From NCBI GenBank assembly GCA_017396125.1, contig JAFQMX010000040.1:1-54982 (forward strand): a DNA stretch of 54,982 nucleotides. The letters are read 5' to 3'. This stretch comes from Clostridia bacterium. GTDB lineage: Bacteria; Bacillota; Clostridia; Christensenellales; Pumilibacteraceae. Below, one piece after another: positions 1-8,616 of this stretch. Position 1 is the stretch's first letter, and every line of letters starts with the position of its first letter. Below the pieces are notes generated by a model. The model did no database searches and had not been told where the DNA came from. It saw only the letters and a list, made by a program, of their open reading frames with translations. The position numbers and the translations under genes were made by a program.

Positions 1-777
1 GTAACGAGTATAGATAGTTGGGTGTTTGCTGACTGCAGTAGTCTAATAAGTGTAGAGATACCAAACAGTGTAACGAGCATAGGAGATAGTGCGTTCTATG
101 GTTGCAGTAGCTTGACAAGTATAGAGATACCGAATAGTGTTACTAGTATAGGGAAAGATGCGTTCTCTGGTTGCAGTAGCTTGAAAGGAGTATATATAAC
201 AGATATAGAAGCATGGTGCAAAATAGCATTTAGTCAATATAATTCAAATCCATTATATTATGAAAATAATTTGTACTTAAATAACCAGTTAGTAACAAAA
301 TTAACAATACCAAACAGTGTAACGAGTATAGGAGATAGTGCGTTCTCTGGTTGCAGTAGCTTGACAAGTATAGAGATACCGAATAGTGTTACTAGTATAG
401 GAAATCATGCGTTCCGTTACTGCAGTAGCTTGACAAGTGTAAAATTAGGTAACGGAATAACAAATATAGGGATGTATGCGTTCCGAAGTTGCAGTAGCTT
501 GACAAGTATAGAGATAGGAAATAGTGTAACGAGTATAGGAGAAAATGCGTTCTTTGGTTGCAGTAGCTTGACAAACGTATTTTACAAAGGCAGTGCAGAA
601 GATTGGAATAAAATTTCGATAGGTAACAATAATGCTGCAATTACATCCGATACCCGTTACTATTACAGCGAAACCGAGCCTGCGCTCAACGCTGCCGGAA
701 CGGATTATGACGGCAACTATTGGCACTACGACACCGACGGCAAAACCCCTGTCGTTTGGAAAAAGGCTCAAGATTAA
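1..777 (+). CDS. BspA-type leucine-rich-repeat surface protein, C-terminal part (5' end lies outside window)
   Basis: Frame 1 is open from base 1. At least six ~23-aa units of the form IPNSVTSIGxxAFxGCSSLTSI, the BspA/LRR_5-type signature. Non-repeat Tyr/Asp/Trp-rich tail. Stop at 775-777. Confidence 0.85.
   Translation, partial: VTSIDSWVFADCSSLISVEIPNSVTSIGDSAFYGCSSLTSIEIPNSVTSIGKDAFSGCSSLKGVYITDIEAWCKIAFSQYNSNPLYYENNLYLNNQLVTKLTIPNSVTSIGDSAFSGCSSLTSIEIPNSVTSIGNHAFRYCSSLTSVKLGNGITNIGMYAFRSCSSLTSIEIGNSVTSIGENAFFGCSSLTNVFYKGSAEDWNKISIGNNNAAITSDTRYYYSETEPALNAAGTDYDGNYWHYDTDGKTPVVWKKAQD
61..152 (+). repeat. 92-nt LRR-unit nucleotide repeat, copy A (2 mismatches to copy B)
   Basis: ccaaacagtgtaacgagCataggagatagtgcgttctAtggttgcagtagcttgacaagtatagagataccgaatagtgttactagtatagg matches 310-401 except at 2 positions. 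Confidence 0.9.
310..401 (+). repeat. 92-nt LRR-unit nucleotide repeat, copy B
   Basis: Direct comparison with 61-152. The shorter core ttgcagtagcttgaca recurs about six times within 100-570. Confidence 0.9.
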
Positions 778-830
778 TTCAAAAGCAAATAGTTAAAGCG
801 TTGGGATTAAAGAACCAAACTAATATCGAA

Positions 831-864
831 AAGCGGATTTGAAATTTTTAAGTCCGCTTTTTTG
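831..864 (+). terminator. rho-independent terminator after the LRR gene
   Basis: AAGCGGA (831-837) pairs with TCCGCTT (853-859), followed by a T-run. Confidence 0.7.
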
Positions 865-983
865 TGCTCTGCAGGTGAACTTTGGTGCGAAATTAGCTTG
901 GACGTGTGCGGAAATTTGTGACCAAAGCAATATAAAGAGCAAATTTTTGGCTAAAAGTGGGCGGTTTTATTTATACTAAAAAT

Positions 984-1676
984 ATGCTGGTAGTTTTTAT
1001 CAAATCTGTGGTAATTTTCGTAATAGTTTTTTTGTGCATTAGGCTTATGGGCAAAAGGCAGATAGGCGAAATGCAGCCTATGGAGCTGGTTATTACGCTC
1101 ATAATTGCCGAGATTGTGTGTATCCCCATCAACGACCCGTATATTCCGTTTTATAGCGGTATCGTGCCCATTATTACGCTCACTTTTTTGCATGTTTTGC
1201 TGTCGTTTATCGCGCGCAAAAGTCAAAAGGTGCGCAGGTTGCTTAGCGGTAAGCCCATGCTTGTGATGAACAAAGACGGCATTATTTATGAAAATCTAAA
1301 AAAGCTTAATATAAATATGAACGACCTTATTGAATCGATCCGCACGAGCGGGTACGTAGATTTGAATGAAATCGAGTACGCGATTATCGAGACCAACGGC
1401 AATATGTGCGTAATTGAAAAGCCGAAAGACCCAACTCAAGCATCCCCTGCATATTTGCCCTTGGCATTGGTTGTGGACGGTGTTTGGCAAAAGGAGAATC
1501 TTGCGCTTGCGGGGCTAAGTACAGACGCGGTGCTTAAGGCGGTACGGTCGTTTGGCGTTAAAAACGAAAAGGAAATTTTGTACGGGGATTTGCGTCAGGA
1601 CGGCACGCTGTACGCTTCGCCCAAGGTGGGCAAGTGCTTTACCGCAAAACTCAAAATTAAAGGGGGCGCATGGTGA
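984..1676 (+). CDS. DUF421 (YetF-like) membrane protein
   Basis: N-terminal TM segments (LMGKRQIGEMQPMELVITLIIAE) and C-terminal EIEYAIIETNGNMCVIEKP resemble B. subtilis YetF-type DUF421 proteins. ATG 984 is preferred over GTG 957, but neither has a Shine-Dalgarno (SD) site. Confidence 0.8.
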   Translation: MLVVFIKSVVIFVIVFLCIRLMGKRQIGEMQPMELVITLIIAEIVCIPINDPYIPFYSGIVPIITLTFLHVLLSFIARKSQKVRRLLSGKPMLVMNKDGIIYENLKKLNINMNDLIESIRTSGYVDLNEIEYAIIETNGNMCVIEKPKDPTQASPAYLPLALVVDGVWQKENLALAGLSTDAVLKAVRSFGVKNEKEILYGDLRQDGTLYASPKVGKCFTAKLKIKGGAW

Positions 1677-2065
1677 AAAAATTGGTTGTTATCAGCCTTG
1701 CGATGGCGGTTATCATTGGGTTTGCTGTGTGGGAAATGATTTTTACCACTCGTTTGTACAGTGAAATTTTGGACGGATTATATGAGATTGACCGAATTGT
1801 TGGTGATGCTCCCGAGAGCGTGGACGGAGTGGAAGTGCGAGAGTTGAGTGACAAAATTATGGACAGGTGGAACGGGGCAAAAAACACCTTGTTTTGTCTG
1901 GGCAATCACACCATTCTGCGCCTCGTTGACGAGAAGCTCGTGGTGCTTTCCGCTACAATAAAGTCCAACGATACGACGACTGCGCCCGCTGCAATAAAAA
2001 GCGCGATAAGTTTAGTTAAAGCGGTGAGCAACGACGACCTGCCCGTGCCGACTAATTTGTTTTGA
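1670..2065 (+). CDS. DUF4363-like small membrane-anchored protein
   Basis: ATGGTGA start/stop overlap with the DUF421 gene. SD AAAGGGGG. N-terminal TM plus helical domain. The DUF421-DUF4363 pairing is common in Bacillota. Confidence 0.65.
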   Translation: MVKKLVVISLAMAVIIGFAVWEMIFTTRLYSEILDGLYEIDRIVGDAPESVDGVEVRELSDKIMDRWNGAKNTLFCLGNHTILRLVDEKLVVLSATIKSNDTTTAPAAIKSAISLVKAVSNDDLPVPTNLF

Positions 2066-2244
2066 CGGAGAGATTGTACGGATGCAAGATTGAAAAACGT
2101 GTATTGTCGTCCGTAACGAACTACGGCATGACGCCAAAAACTATATCGTTTTGTAAAAAAGGTCAAACTAAGCCCATAATCTAAAAAATAGTTGGCTATT
2201 ACGGCTATCTTGGGGCAAAGGGCTGTTTTTGACCAAGAATTGAC

Positions 2245-2273
2245 TTGCGCAAAAACGGCTTTTGTATTATAAT
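2245..2273 (+). promoter_or_regulatory. sigma-A-type promoter abutting the holA start (possible leaderless transcript)
   Basis: TTGCGC (2245-2250), 17-nt spacer, TATAAT (2268-2273). The ATG lies at 2280, only 6 nt after the -10. Confidence 0.4.
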
Positions 2274-2279
2274 GGTGAT

Positions 2280-3221
2280 ATGAAGGTTACCGAGCTGAAA
2301 CAGTCGCTTGCGGCGGAAATAAAACCCTGCTATCTCATAGTGGGTGACGACGATTTTCTCATCAAAACTGCGGTAAAAAGGTTTTTTTCGCTGATTAGTG
2401 GATTAGAAGAAATGAATTATTCGCACTATGACGACACCGCCTCAGTTAGTGAGATTAAGGCGGCGGCGCAGTCGCTACCGTTTATGAGTGAGTGGCGTGT
2501 AGTGGAAGTGAACGGTTATACCAAGGACCTCAAGGATTTCGTTTCGTATTTCGACGATCCGTCGCCGTCCAGCGTAGTGCTGTTTACGGCTAATTCTATG
2601 ACCAAAAATTTCAGCGCTATCGTAAAGCATTGTGCCGTGGTGGACTGCTCGAGACTGGACGAGGGCACTTTGCTAAAGCTGGTTTACAAAAAAATTACCT
2701 CGCTGGGTGGAAAAATTTCTACTGATGCGGCGAATTTGCTCATAAGCCGATGCAGTAGGTTTATGTTCCGTATCGAAAACGAGCTCGATAAGCTGTTCGA
2801 TTATCGCGGGACGGAGATGATAAGCGAGGGGGACGTGGAGGCGCTGGTTTTTCCTGACCCGGAATTCAAGATCTTTGAGCTGGGCGATGCGGCGGCAAAA
2901 AAAGACAGGGCGCGCGCTATGGAAATTTATTACAGCTTGCTGGAAAATACCTCGGTTGCGGGAGTTTTTGGCACGGTGTATTCGCATTTTAGGCGCTTGC
3001 TGTACGTGGCGGTGACTACCGATAAGGATTCTATCGCTGCTAACCTCGGTGTAAAGGATTTTGCCGTTAAGATGGCGGCAAAGCAGGCGGCACAGTTTTC
3101 GCCCGTGAGGTTAAAAAAAATAGTGGACGTATTGCATAAATTCGATTCCGATTACAAGGGTGGATTGATAACCGATAAGCTGGGTATGGAAAAGGTTATG
3201 ATGCAAATTTTGGCTATTTGA
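2280..3221 (+). CDS. holA: DNA polymerase III delta subunit
   Basis: About 313 aa. N-terminal YLIVGDDDFLI clamp-loader delta pattern, and length and helical C-terminal domain typical of HolA. Start taken at MKVTELKQ. Confidence 0.8.
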   Translation: MKVTELKQSLAAEIKPCYLIVGDDDFLIKTAVKRFFSLISGLEEMNYSHYDDTASVSEIKAAAQSLPFMSEWRVVEVNGYTKDLKDFVSYFDDPSPSSVVLFTANSMTKNFSAIVKHCAVVDCSRLDEGTLLKLVYKKITSLGGKISTDAANLLISRCSRFMFRIENELDKLFDYRGTEMISEGDVEALVFPDPEFKIFELGDAAAKKDRARAMEIYYSLLENTSVAGVFGTVYSHFRRLLYVAVTTDKDSIAANLGVKDFAVKMAAKQAAQFSPVRLKKIVDVLHKFDSDYKGGLITDKLGMEKVMMQILAI

Positions 3222-3254
3222 CGCTCCGTTTGTGGTTAAATTAGTAAATAATAA

Positions 3255-3284
3255 AACGAGAGTTGCGTGCTCTCGTTTTTTTTG
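3255..3284. terminator. bidirectional intrinsic terminator between convergent genes
   Basis: AACGAGAG (3255-3262) / CTCTCGTT (3270-3277), with an A-run upstream and T8 downstream. Confidence 0.75.
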
Positions 3285-3291
3285 TTTGGGG

Positions 3292-3816
3292 TTATTCTTT
3301 GGCGATTATGTCGTCGATCTTGCCCTGCTTTAGCACGAAGTAGTATTCTTCGGCTTGGTCGCTTGCCGTCAAGTAGTACTTGCCACCGCACGAAATAGCC
3401 TCCTCGTAGGGCGCAAAAAACTCGCGCAAGGCCTCGTCGTCGATATTTACGCTTAGCTCTGCCGTCAAAAGCTCGCGCGCGGACGATAGCTCTCCGCTCT
3501 TTACGCACTCAAAAAGCAGTTTTGGCGTGTCAGCGGGAGGCTGGTGTGGCTCAGTGGTGTAAACGTAGGAAAAGCGCGGGAGCAGGTGCAAAAGAAGCTC
3601 GTCGCCACAGCGGTAAATTTTGCCAAACGGCTCGCCCAAAAGCACCTTGCTGTCCACGATTTTTAGCGTGTAGGACAGGTGGAGCGGTTCGAGGGGCAAA
3701 ACCGTCAAAAAAAGGACTTGGTCACTGTCGACAATAAGCGAGTTGCTTTCAGAAAACCGACCGTTTACTAGAAACACCGCTTGAAAATCGTGAATAATGC
3801 TAATTTTGTTGTTCAT
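3292..3816 (-). CDS. hypothetical protein (174 aa from ATG 3816)
   Basis: Intact ORF with no recognised motif. The track ORF extends to a TTG at 3894, but that would abut the divergent gene. Confidence 0.5.
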   Translation of the reverse strand: MNNKISIIHDFQAVFLVNGRFSESNSLIVDSDQVLFLTVLPLEPLHLSYTLKIVDSKVLLGEPFGKIYRCGDELLLHLLPRFSYVYTTEPHQPPADTPKLLFECVKSGELSSARELLTAELSVNIDDEALREFFAPYEEAISCGGKYYLTASDQAEEYYFVLKQGKIDDIIAKE

Positions 3817-3896
3817 CAATGTAAATTTATGCTGTGTTTCGCTAAGGTATGTATATTTGCTGTAATTTTTGTCAAAGATTAGGTCGGGAGGCAAAA

Positions 3897-4475
3897 ATGG
3901 AAAACAATTGGACTATAAATCAAACCAAAGAACTTTTTTCGTTGGTAAAATCCACGATCGACAGGGGCGAAGGACTAAAAATCGCTTTTCAACAAATGGC
4001 GGAGCGTAGCGGACGGTCGCTGAACAGCGTGCGCAATTATTATTACAGTCAGCTAAAAATGTTTGAGCTCGTGCCAAAGCTCGCGGAGGATTTGGGCGTG
4101 GAAACGGTGAGCAGTCGCCGTGCCGAGTTTGAGCTTTTTTCGAAAAGCGAGATAGAGGAGCTGATGACCAAGGTTTTGGTGGGGAAGGCAAAGGGAAATA
4201 GTGTGCGCGGCGTGATTGCCACTATGGCGTGTGACGACAAAGAGGCACTCCGCCTGCAAAACAAGTATCGCTCTATGGTTGCACACCACAAGGCTAGGGT
4301 GACGGAAATTATGAACGGGCTTGCCGAAAAGAATATTCCGTATTTTAATCCGTATCTCAAAAAGGTGGTAGACGGTAGCGCCGGCGACAACCTTAAGCGA
4401 CTCAACGAATACGTGGCAAAACTCGACGTGGACGAGGTGGCTGGATTCCTTAATCTACTCGGCAAGCTGGTGTAA
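3897..4475 (+). CDS. Myb/SANT-like DNA-binding protein (RsfA-family-like)
   Basis: SD GGGAGG 7 nt upstream of ATG 3897. The N-terminus WTINQTKELFSLVKS...SLNSVRNYYYSQLK resembles the Myb-like repeat of RsfA-type regulators. Confidence 0.45.
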   Translation: MENNWTINQTKELFSLVKSTIDRGEGLKIAFQQMAERSGRSLNSVRNYYYSQLKMFELVPKLAEDLGVETVSSRRAEFELFSKSEIEELMTKVLVGKAKGNSVRGVIATMACDDKEALRLQNKYRSMVAHHKARVTEIMNGLAEKNIPYFNPYLKKVVDGSAGDNLKRLNEYVAKLDVDEVAGFLNLLGKLV

Positions 4476-4493
4476 AATTTATAATTTGATAAC

Positions 4494-4548
4494 AAAAAAG
4501 AGAGAGTATTTCGGCGATAAACCGATTCGTTCTCTCTTTTTGCTTTTT
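4494..4548. terminator. bidirectional terminator
   Basis: AGAGAGA (4499-4505) / TCTCTCT (4531-4537) with an inner TCGG/CCGA stem. Flanked by A-run and T-run. Confidence 0.6.
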
Positions 4549-4625
4549 ATTAAGGCTGGGGTTTAGTGTTTTTTCGCTAGAGTAGTTGAATTTTCTGTCG
4601 CAGTAATGCTATTTGTTTTATTGTT

Positions 4626-5366
4626 TTAGTCTCTATTGCGCATCAAGAAGATGGCGAGAAAACGCATAAACTGCCACGTGGAAACGAGCAGTCCTGCAAG
4701 ATAGGTGAGTGCGGCTGCGCGAAGAACGGATTTTGCCATAGCCTTTTCGTCGCCTTCTACGTAGCCACCGTCAGACAACGCCTTTAGCGCTCTACGACTT
4801 GCGTCTAGCTCGACGGGGAGAGTGACGAGAGAAAATAACATTGACAGTCCAAACAGTATCAGCCCCGCGTACACGAAGATATTGCCCACCGCGCCGTATG
4901 CCGTGAACAGTCCAAAAATACAGCCAATAATTATCATTGGGCCGAGGAGCTTGTTGGCAAAGTTAACTACCGGTACGAGCTTGCTACGGAAGGTGATAAG
5001 AGGGTATTTGGTGGCGTATTGGAGCGCGTGGCCTATTTCGTGACAGGCAACCCCCGCCGCTGCCACCGAGGTCGAGCCGTAGACGGTGGAGGACAGCGAA
5101 ACGGTTTCGGTCTCTGGATTAAAGTTGTCGGTAAGGCTACCGCGAATTTTTACGATAGGGTAGTAAACGCCGTTGGAGTTCATAATTTGTCTGGCTATTT
5201 GGTCAGCGGTAAGACCGCAACGCAAACGCACTCCAGAGTATTTGTTGAAGCTGGAGTTTACGCCGTAGCTGACGAATATTGAAAAAATCATAATCGGCAA
5301 ATACGACAGCATTACGATCATATAAAATCTATTTTCTGGCGAAGAATTCCACAGTTCGCTTAGCAT
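4626..5366 (-). CDS. YugP-family zinc metallopeptidase (membrane)
   Basis: HEIGHALQ zinc motif, LTDNFNPETETVSLS segment and C-terminal TM helices typical of the Zn_peptidase_2/YugP family. SD AGGAGG. Confidence 0.85.
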   Translation of the reverse strand: MLSELWNSSPENRFYMIVMLSYLPIMIFSIFVSYGVNSSFNKYSGVRLRCGLTADQIARQIMNSNGVYYPIVKIRGSLTDNFNPETETVSLSSTVYGSTSVAAAGVACHEIGHALQYATKYPLITFRSKLVPVVNFANKLLGPMIIIGCIFGLFTAYGAVGNIFVYAGLILFGLSMLFSLVTLPVELDASRRALKALSDGGYVEGDEKAMAKSVLRAAALTYLAGLLVSTWQFMRFLAIFLMRNRD

Positions 5367-5498
5367 TGTTCCTCCTTTTGCGACAAAACTGTCCGCATGA
5401 TGATATTTTATGAAAGTAAAAGCAATTTTATTGCACTAAAACAAAATTAGCACACGTTTGTAAACTGTTGATTAAGATTGGGCGAAACGGCTGCTTTT

Positions 5499-6983
5499 TT
5501 AGTGGGCTTTGAAGATCTCGTCGATATCACTGTAAAGCTTGCGCACCTTTTGGCAAACGTAAACCTCCATTGCCTCGTCAAAATAAATGTTTTTGTTGAG
5601 GACGGATTCGATGGTTTTGAGGTCTTTTGCGAGCAGGTTGCTTAGCGTATCTCTGCTCTCGTACTTTACACCCGCCTCATCCTGCTGATTGTAGATTTTG
5701 TGATTAAGCTGGTTTTTTAGCGTCAAAATCTTAATTAGTCTGTGGTCGTCGCTGAACGGACTGCGGTCAATTTCTTCAATCAGTTCGTTTAGCTTGTCGT
5801 TGATGCCCACGTAGGTTTCGATAGTGTGATCTCTGCGGTAGAGAGCCACGTAATAATCGTAGAGAAGGTCGTTGTATTTAAGTCCTGACACCATTTTAGA
5901 ATAGGTTTCCTGGCGCTTTGGCGTTTCGGAGAAGTATTCGATTATGCTAGGTTCGTCCATGAGCGCAAGACCCTCGGCCATTTTGCATTTTATGTAAGGA
6001 TTGAGAGTGTTTTTGAAATTCCACTTGGATTTTTTGTTAAGCTCCTCTTTGTTGTAATTTTCTTTGATAAAGTTGTCCTTGTAGGAACGGTAGGTGTAGT
6101 AGGTCGTACCTATGTGACGAAGCGCGCGCGCCTTTTGCAAGGTGTATTCGCAGTATTCCTCGTGCTGTTTCTTTACTACGGCAGGAATCGGCTCGCCCTT
6201 TTCTTTTAGGTCGTTGTATTTGTCGTGGCCGGCTTTGTTGGAGTTGATTTTGTAGTCAATTAGGTGTAAGCCATTTTGGATTGCTTCAAAGCCTTTGGAG
6301 TTTTTGCCGAGAAGTATGTACGTCCAGCCTAGATAGTCAACGTATGCGTGAATGGTTTTTTCGATATCCGTACTGTATTTTACCACGTATTTGCCCAGCT
6401 TTATGCGCAACGCGTGTTGTTCGAGCTGGAGAAGTATGCGTTCCATACTCTTGATCGTATCGTAAATTTTGTCAAATATTTGCTTGGACTGTAGGTAGTC
6501 AGCGTTTTGGATAGGCTTGGAGGTTGCCTTGGCCATCGCTTTTAAGACATCGGAATCAACGTACTCGCGGGACTTGTCGTAGTAGCTGTCGAGAAGCTTG
6601 CGCTTTTGGTCGAGATACTTTTCGAAATTTTCGCGGTCCTTGTTGTGATAAGATCGACGGATTTTTTTGCTCAAAACGTCTATTTTCTTTTTTGTTTCGG
6701 CAAGCTCAGTGCGATTGTAATCTTTGTCGAGAACTTTGGCGTTTGTTTTTACAAGATGCTTGAGGTACTTGGTGTATTTTTTGCTTTTGAAAATAACTTT
6801 TGTGTTGCTGAGGTTGTTGTTGCGCTGAAAATGTATGTACACGAAGTACGCAACGATAAATACGAGCATCGCTCCGAGCAAAGTGTACCTAATAACGGGG
6901 TCGATATTTTCGGCGAATACCGTCACGATTAGCGTGAGTATCGGCATTACCAGAGCGAGTAGGTCATTTAGTTTGTTGTTCAT
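5499..6983 (-). CDS. hypothetical membrane-anchored protein, 494 aa
   Basis: SD AGGAGAA precedes ATG 6983. Two N-terminal TM helices, then a ~430-aa Lys/Tyr/Asn/Asp-rich helical region with no motif I recognise. Confidence 0.6.
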   Translation of the reverse strand: MNNKLNDLLALVMPILTLIVTVFAENIDPVIRYTLLGAMLVFIVAYFVYIHFQRNNNLSNTKVIFKSKKYTKYLKHLVKTNAKVLDKDYNRTELAETKKKIDVLSKKIRRSYHNKDRENFEKYLDQKRKLLDSYYDKSREYVDSDVLKAMAKATSKPIQNADYLQSKQIFDKIYDTIKSMERILLQLEQHALRIKLGKYVVKYSTDIEKTIHAYVDYLGWTYILLGKNSKGFEAIQNGLHLIDYKINSNKAGHDKYNDLKEKGEPIPAVVKKQHEEYCEYTLQKARALRHIGTTYYTYRSYKDNFIKENYNKEELNKKSKWNFKNTLNPYIKCKMAEGLALMDEPSIIEYFSETPKRQETYSKMVSGLKYNDLLYDYYVALYRRDHTIETYVGINDKLNELIEEIDRSPFSDDHRLIKILTLKNQLNHKIYNQQDEAGVKYESRDTLSNLLAKDLKTIESVLNKNIYFDEAMEVYVCQKVRKLYSDIDEIFKAH

Positions 6984-7112
6984 GGCTTTCTCCTGTGTAT
7001 ATAAATTAGAGATAATTTTGTCATTTGTAGGTGGGACTTTTGCCGCTGTCAAAGTGGTCAAAAAATTTATTTGTCAGATTTTTTGCAGTACGTATGCGGA
7101 ATTTTTCGCCAT

Positions 7113-8162
7113 TTAGTCGTAGAGCTTGATTAATTCCACGATATCGGTGTCACGGTTTTGCTCAAGCGTAGGGTAGCCTATGCTTTTTAGCTCGTCACTC
7201 GCCGTGGAAACGACGAAAGGTCTGCCGGCATAATTGAGAAGCTGCGCATCGTTCATGCTGTCGCCCACACCAATCGTTGCACGATAATATCTACCTAATT
7301 TGCGAGAAATATACTTGACGGTATTGCCTTTGTGTTGATTTTTTTGCAAAATCTCGTAGGTGTGTCCAGCCGTGCGCAAGCAGGTGAGATGAGGATAATC
7401 CGCGGTGACGTTTTTTACTATATTTTCGTATTCGGTTTCGCCCTCGTAAATGAAAAACAAAATTTTGACGACTTTGGTGTAGTCGATAGTGGGTTCGACG
7501 AAATATAGCTCGTTATACTTTTTGAGCATTTTTATATTGTCCTCGGTAAGACCGTCCACAAGTCTAATGTTGTCATTATAATACACGACGCAGGTAAACG
7601 GCGCGCCTTTGAATCTTGCGACGATCTCTTCGCTAATGCGTCCTACTTGCGCTATGGTGGTTTGAACGCCGTCCTTTATTACCACCGAGCCGTTGAGGCA
7701 AGAGGCATAGTTGTTTTGGAGCTCGCAGTCAGAGATTACGTTGCTTATGGAATCGTAGGTTTTGCCCGTGGTGAGAATAACGCGATCCTTTTGGGAGTAG
7801 TTGCTGATAAAGTCTATTTTTTGCTGACTCAAATGTCCGAAATTCGTCAGGGTGTTGTCAACGTCAAAAAAGAATAAAGGCTTTTGGACGGAAAAAAGAT
7901 TGCTTATAAAGGCTTCGTCTGCTTGAGTATATCTATTTGCGTCTAGTGGATGCTTTTTTAGGAAATTTTGCAAGGAAACTAGATTTCCGTCGTCGTCAAC
8001 GTGGCAAAAAAAGTAGTCGAATACTGTTTTTGCCCACTCTCCCGCAGGCTTGCCCGACACCAAAGCAGTGGCTTGTGCTCTCGTCAGCCTGGTGTCGAAA
8101 GGTAAATATTCGGCAATTTCTTGCAACATAATTCGTTCTTTTTGCTTCGTCATTTGCATCAT
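7113..8162 (-). CDS. Cof-type HAD-IIB hydrolase with an extra N-terminal domain
   Basis: FFFDVDNTLT (motif I) and GDSMNDAQLL (motif IV). A ~95-aa N-terminal extension of unknown function. Confidence 0.8.
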   Translation of the reverse strand: MMQMTKQKERIMLQEIAEYLPFDTRLTRAQATALVSGKPAGEWAKTVFDYFFCHVDDDGNLVSLQNFLKKHPLDANRYTQADEAFISNLFSVQKPLFFFDVDNTLTNFGHLSQQKIDFISNYSQKDRVILTTGKTYDSISNVISDCELQNNYASCLNGSVVIKDGVQTTIAQVGRISEEIVARFKGAPFTCVVYYNDNIRLVDGLTEDNIKMLKKYNELYFVEPTIDYTKVVKILFFIYEGETEYENIVKNVTADYPHLTCLRTAGHTYEILQKNQHKGNTVKYISRKLGRYYRATIGVGDSMNDAQLLNYAGRPFVVSTASDELKSIGYPTLEQNRDTDIVELIKLYD

Positions 8163-8276
8163 ACTATTAAATAATAAACTTTAATGAGCGTTTTTGCAAG
8201 CAAAATGGCAAATTTTTGAAAAATAATTCCTTATTTTGTAAAAATAACGCGGATTTTGGCTAAAATATGGGATTTT

Positions 8277-8300
8277 TGAGTAATAATATGAGTAATAATA
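8277..8300 (+). repeat. perfect 12-nt tandem duplication (TGAGTAATAATA x2)
   Basis: Read directly at 8277-8288 and 8289-8300 in the divergent intergenic region. Confidence 0.9.
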
Positions 8301-8328
8301 ATGGATTTGTCGGTGCAATTTCTTATAC

Positions 8329-8357
8329 TTGACAATAGCGCTTGATTAAATTATAAT
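8329..8357 (+). promoter_or_regulatory. consensus sigma-A promoter for the ACP/AlkD-like operon
   Basis: TTGACA (8329-8334), 17 nt, TATAAT (8352-8357). Confidence 0.6.
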
Positions 8358-8394
8358 ATTAGGGTAGCGCAACTGCGCAAACAAGGAGAAATTT

Positions 8395-8616
8395 ATGAGC
8401 ATTTTGGATACTATCAACGAGATCATAAGAGATTATAGTAAGCAAGACGTTAGATTTGAGGAAAGCACTGCTTTTGATACCATGGGATTCGATTCTCTCG
8501 ACAAGGTAGAGGTTTTGATGCGCCTCGAAGAAACTTACGATATCATGTTCGACGACGACCTTCAGGTTAGCACCGTGGGCGAGCTTATTAAGGAAATCGA
8601 AAGACTCAAGAAATAA
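8395..8616 (+). CDS. acyl carrier protein-like (phosphopantetheine carrier)
   Basis: 73 aa. GFDSLDKVEVLMRLEE contains the DSL Ser attachment motif. SD AAGGAG. Confidence 0.8.
   Translation: MSILDTINEIIRDYSKQDVRFEESTAFDTMGFDSLDKVEVLMRLEETYDIMFDDDLQVSTVGELIKEIERLKK

Noticed and set aside
3236-3894. Track ORFs 3236-3508 (-) and 3522-3737 (+), and the TTG-extended version of the 3292-3894 ORF.
   Set aside because: The first two are Arg-rich frames overlapping the better-supported 3292-3816 gene. The TTG extension would run into the SD and start of the divergent gene at 3897.
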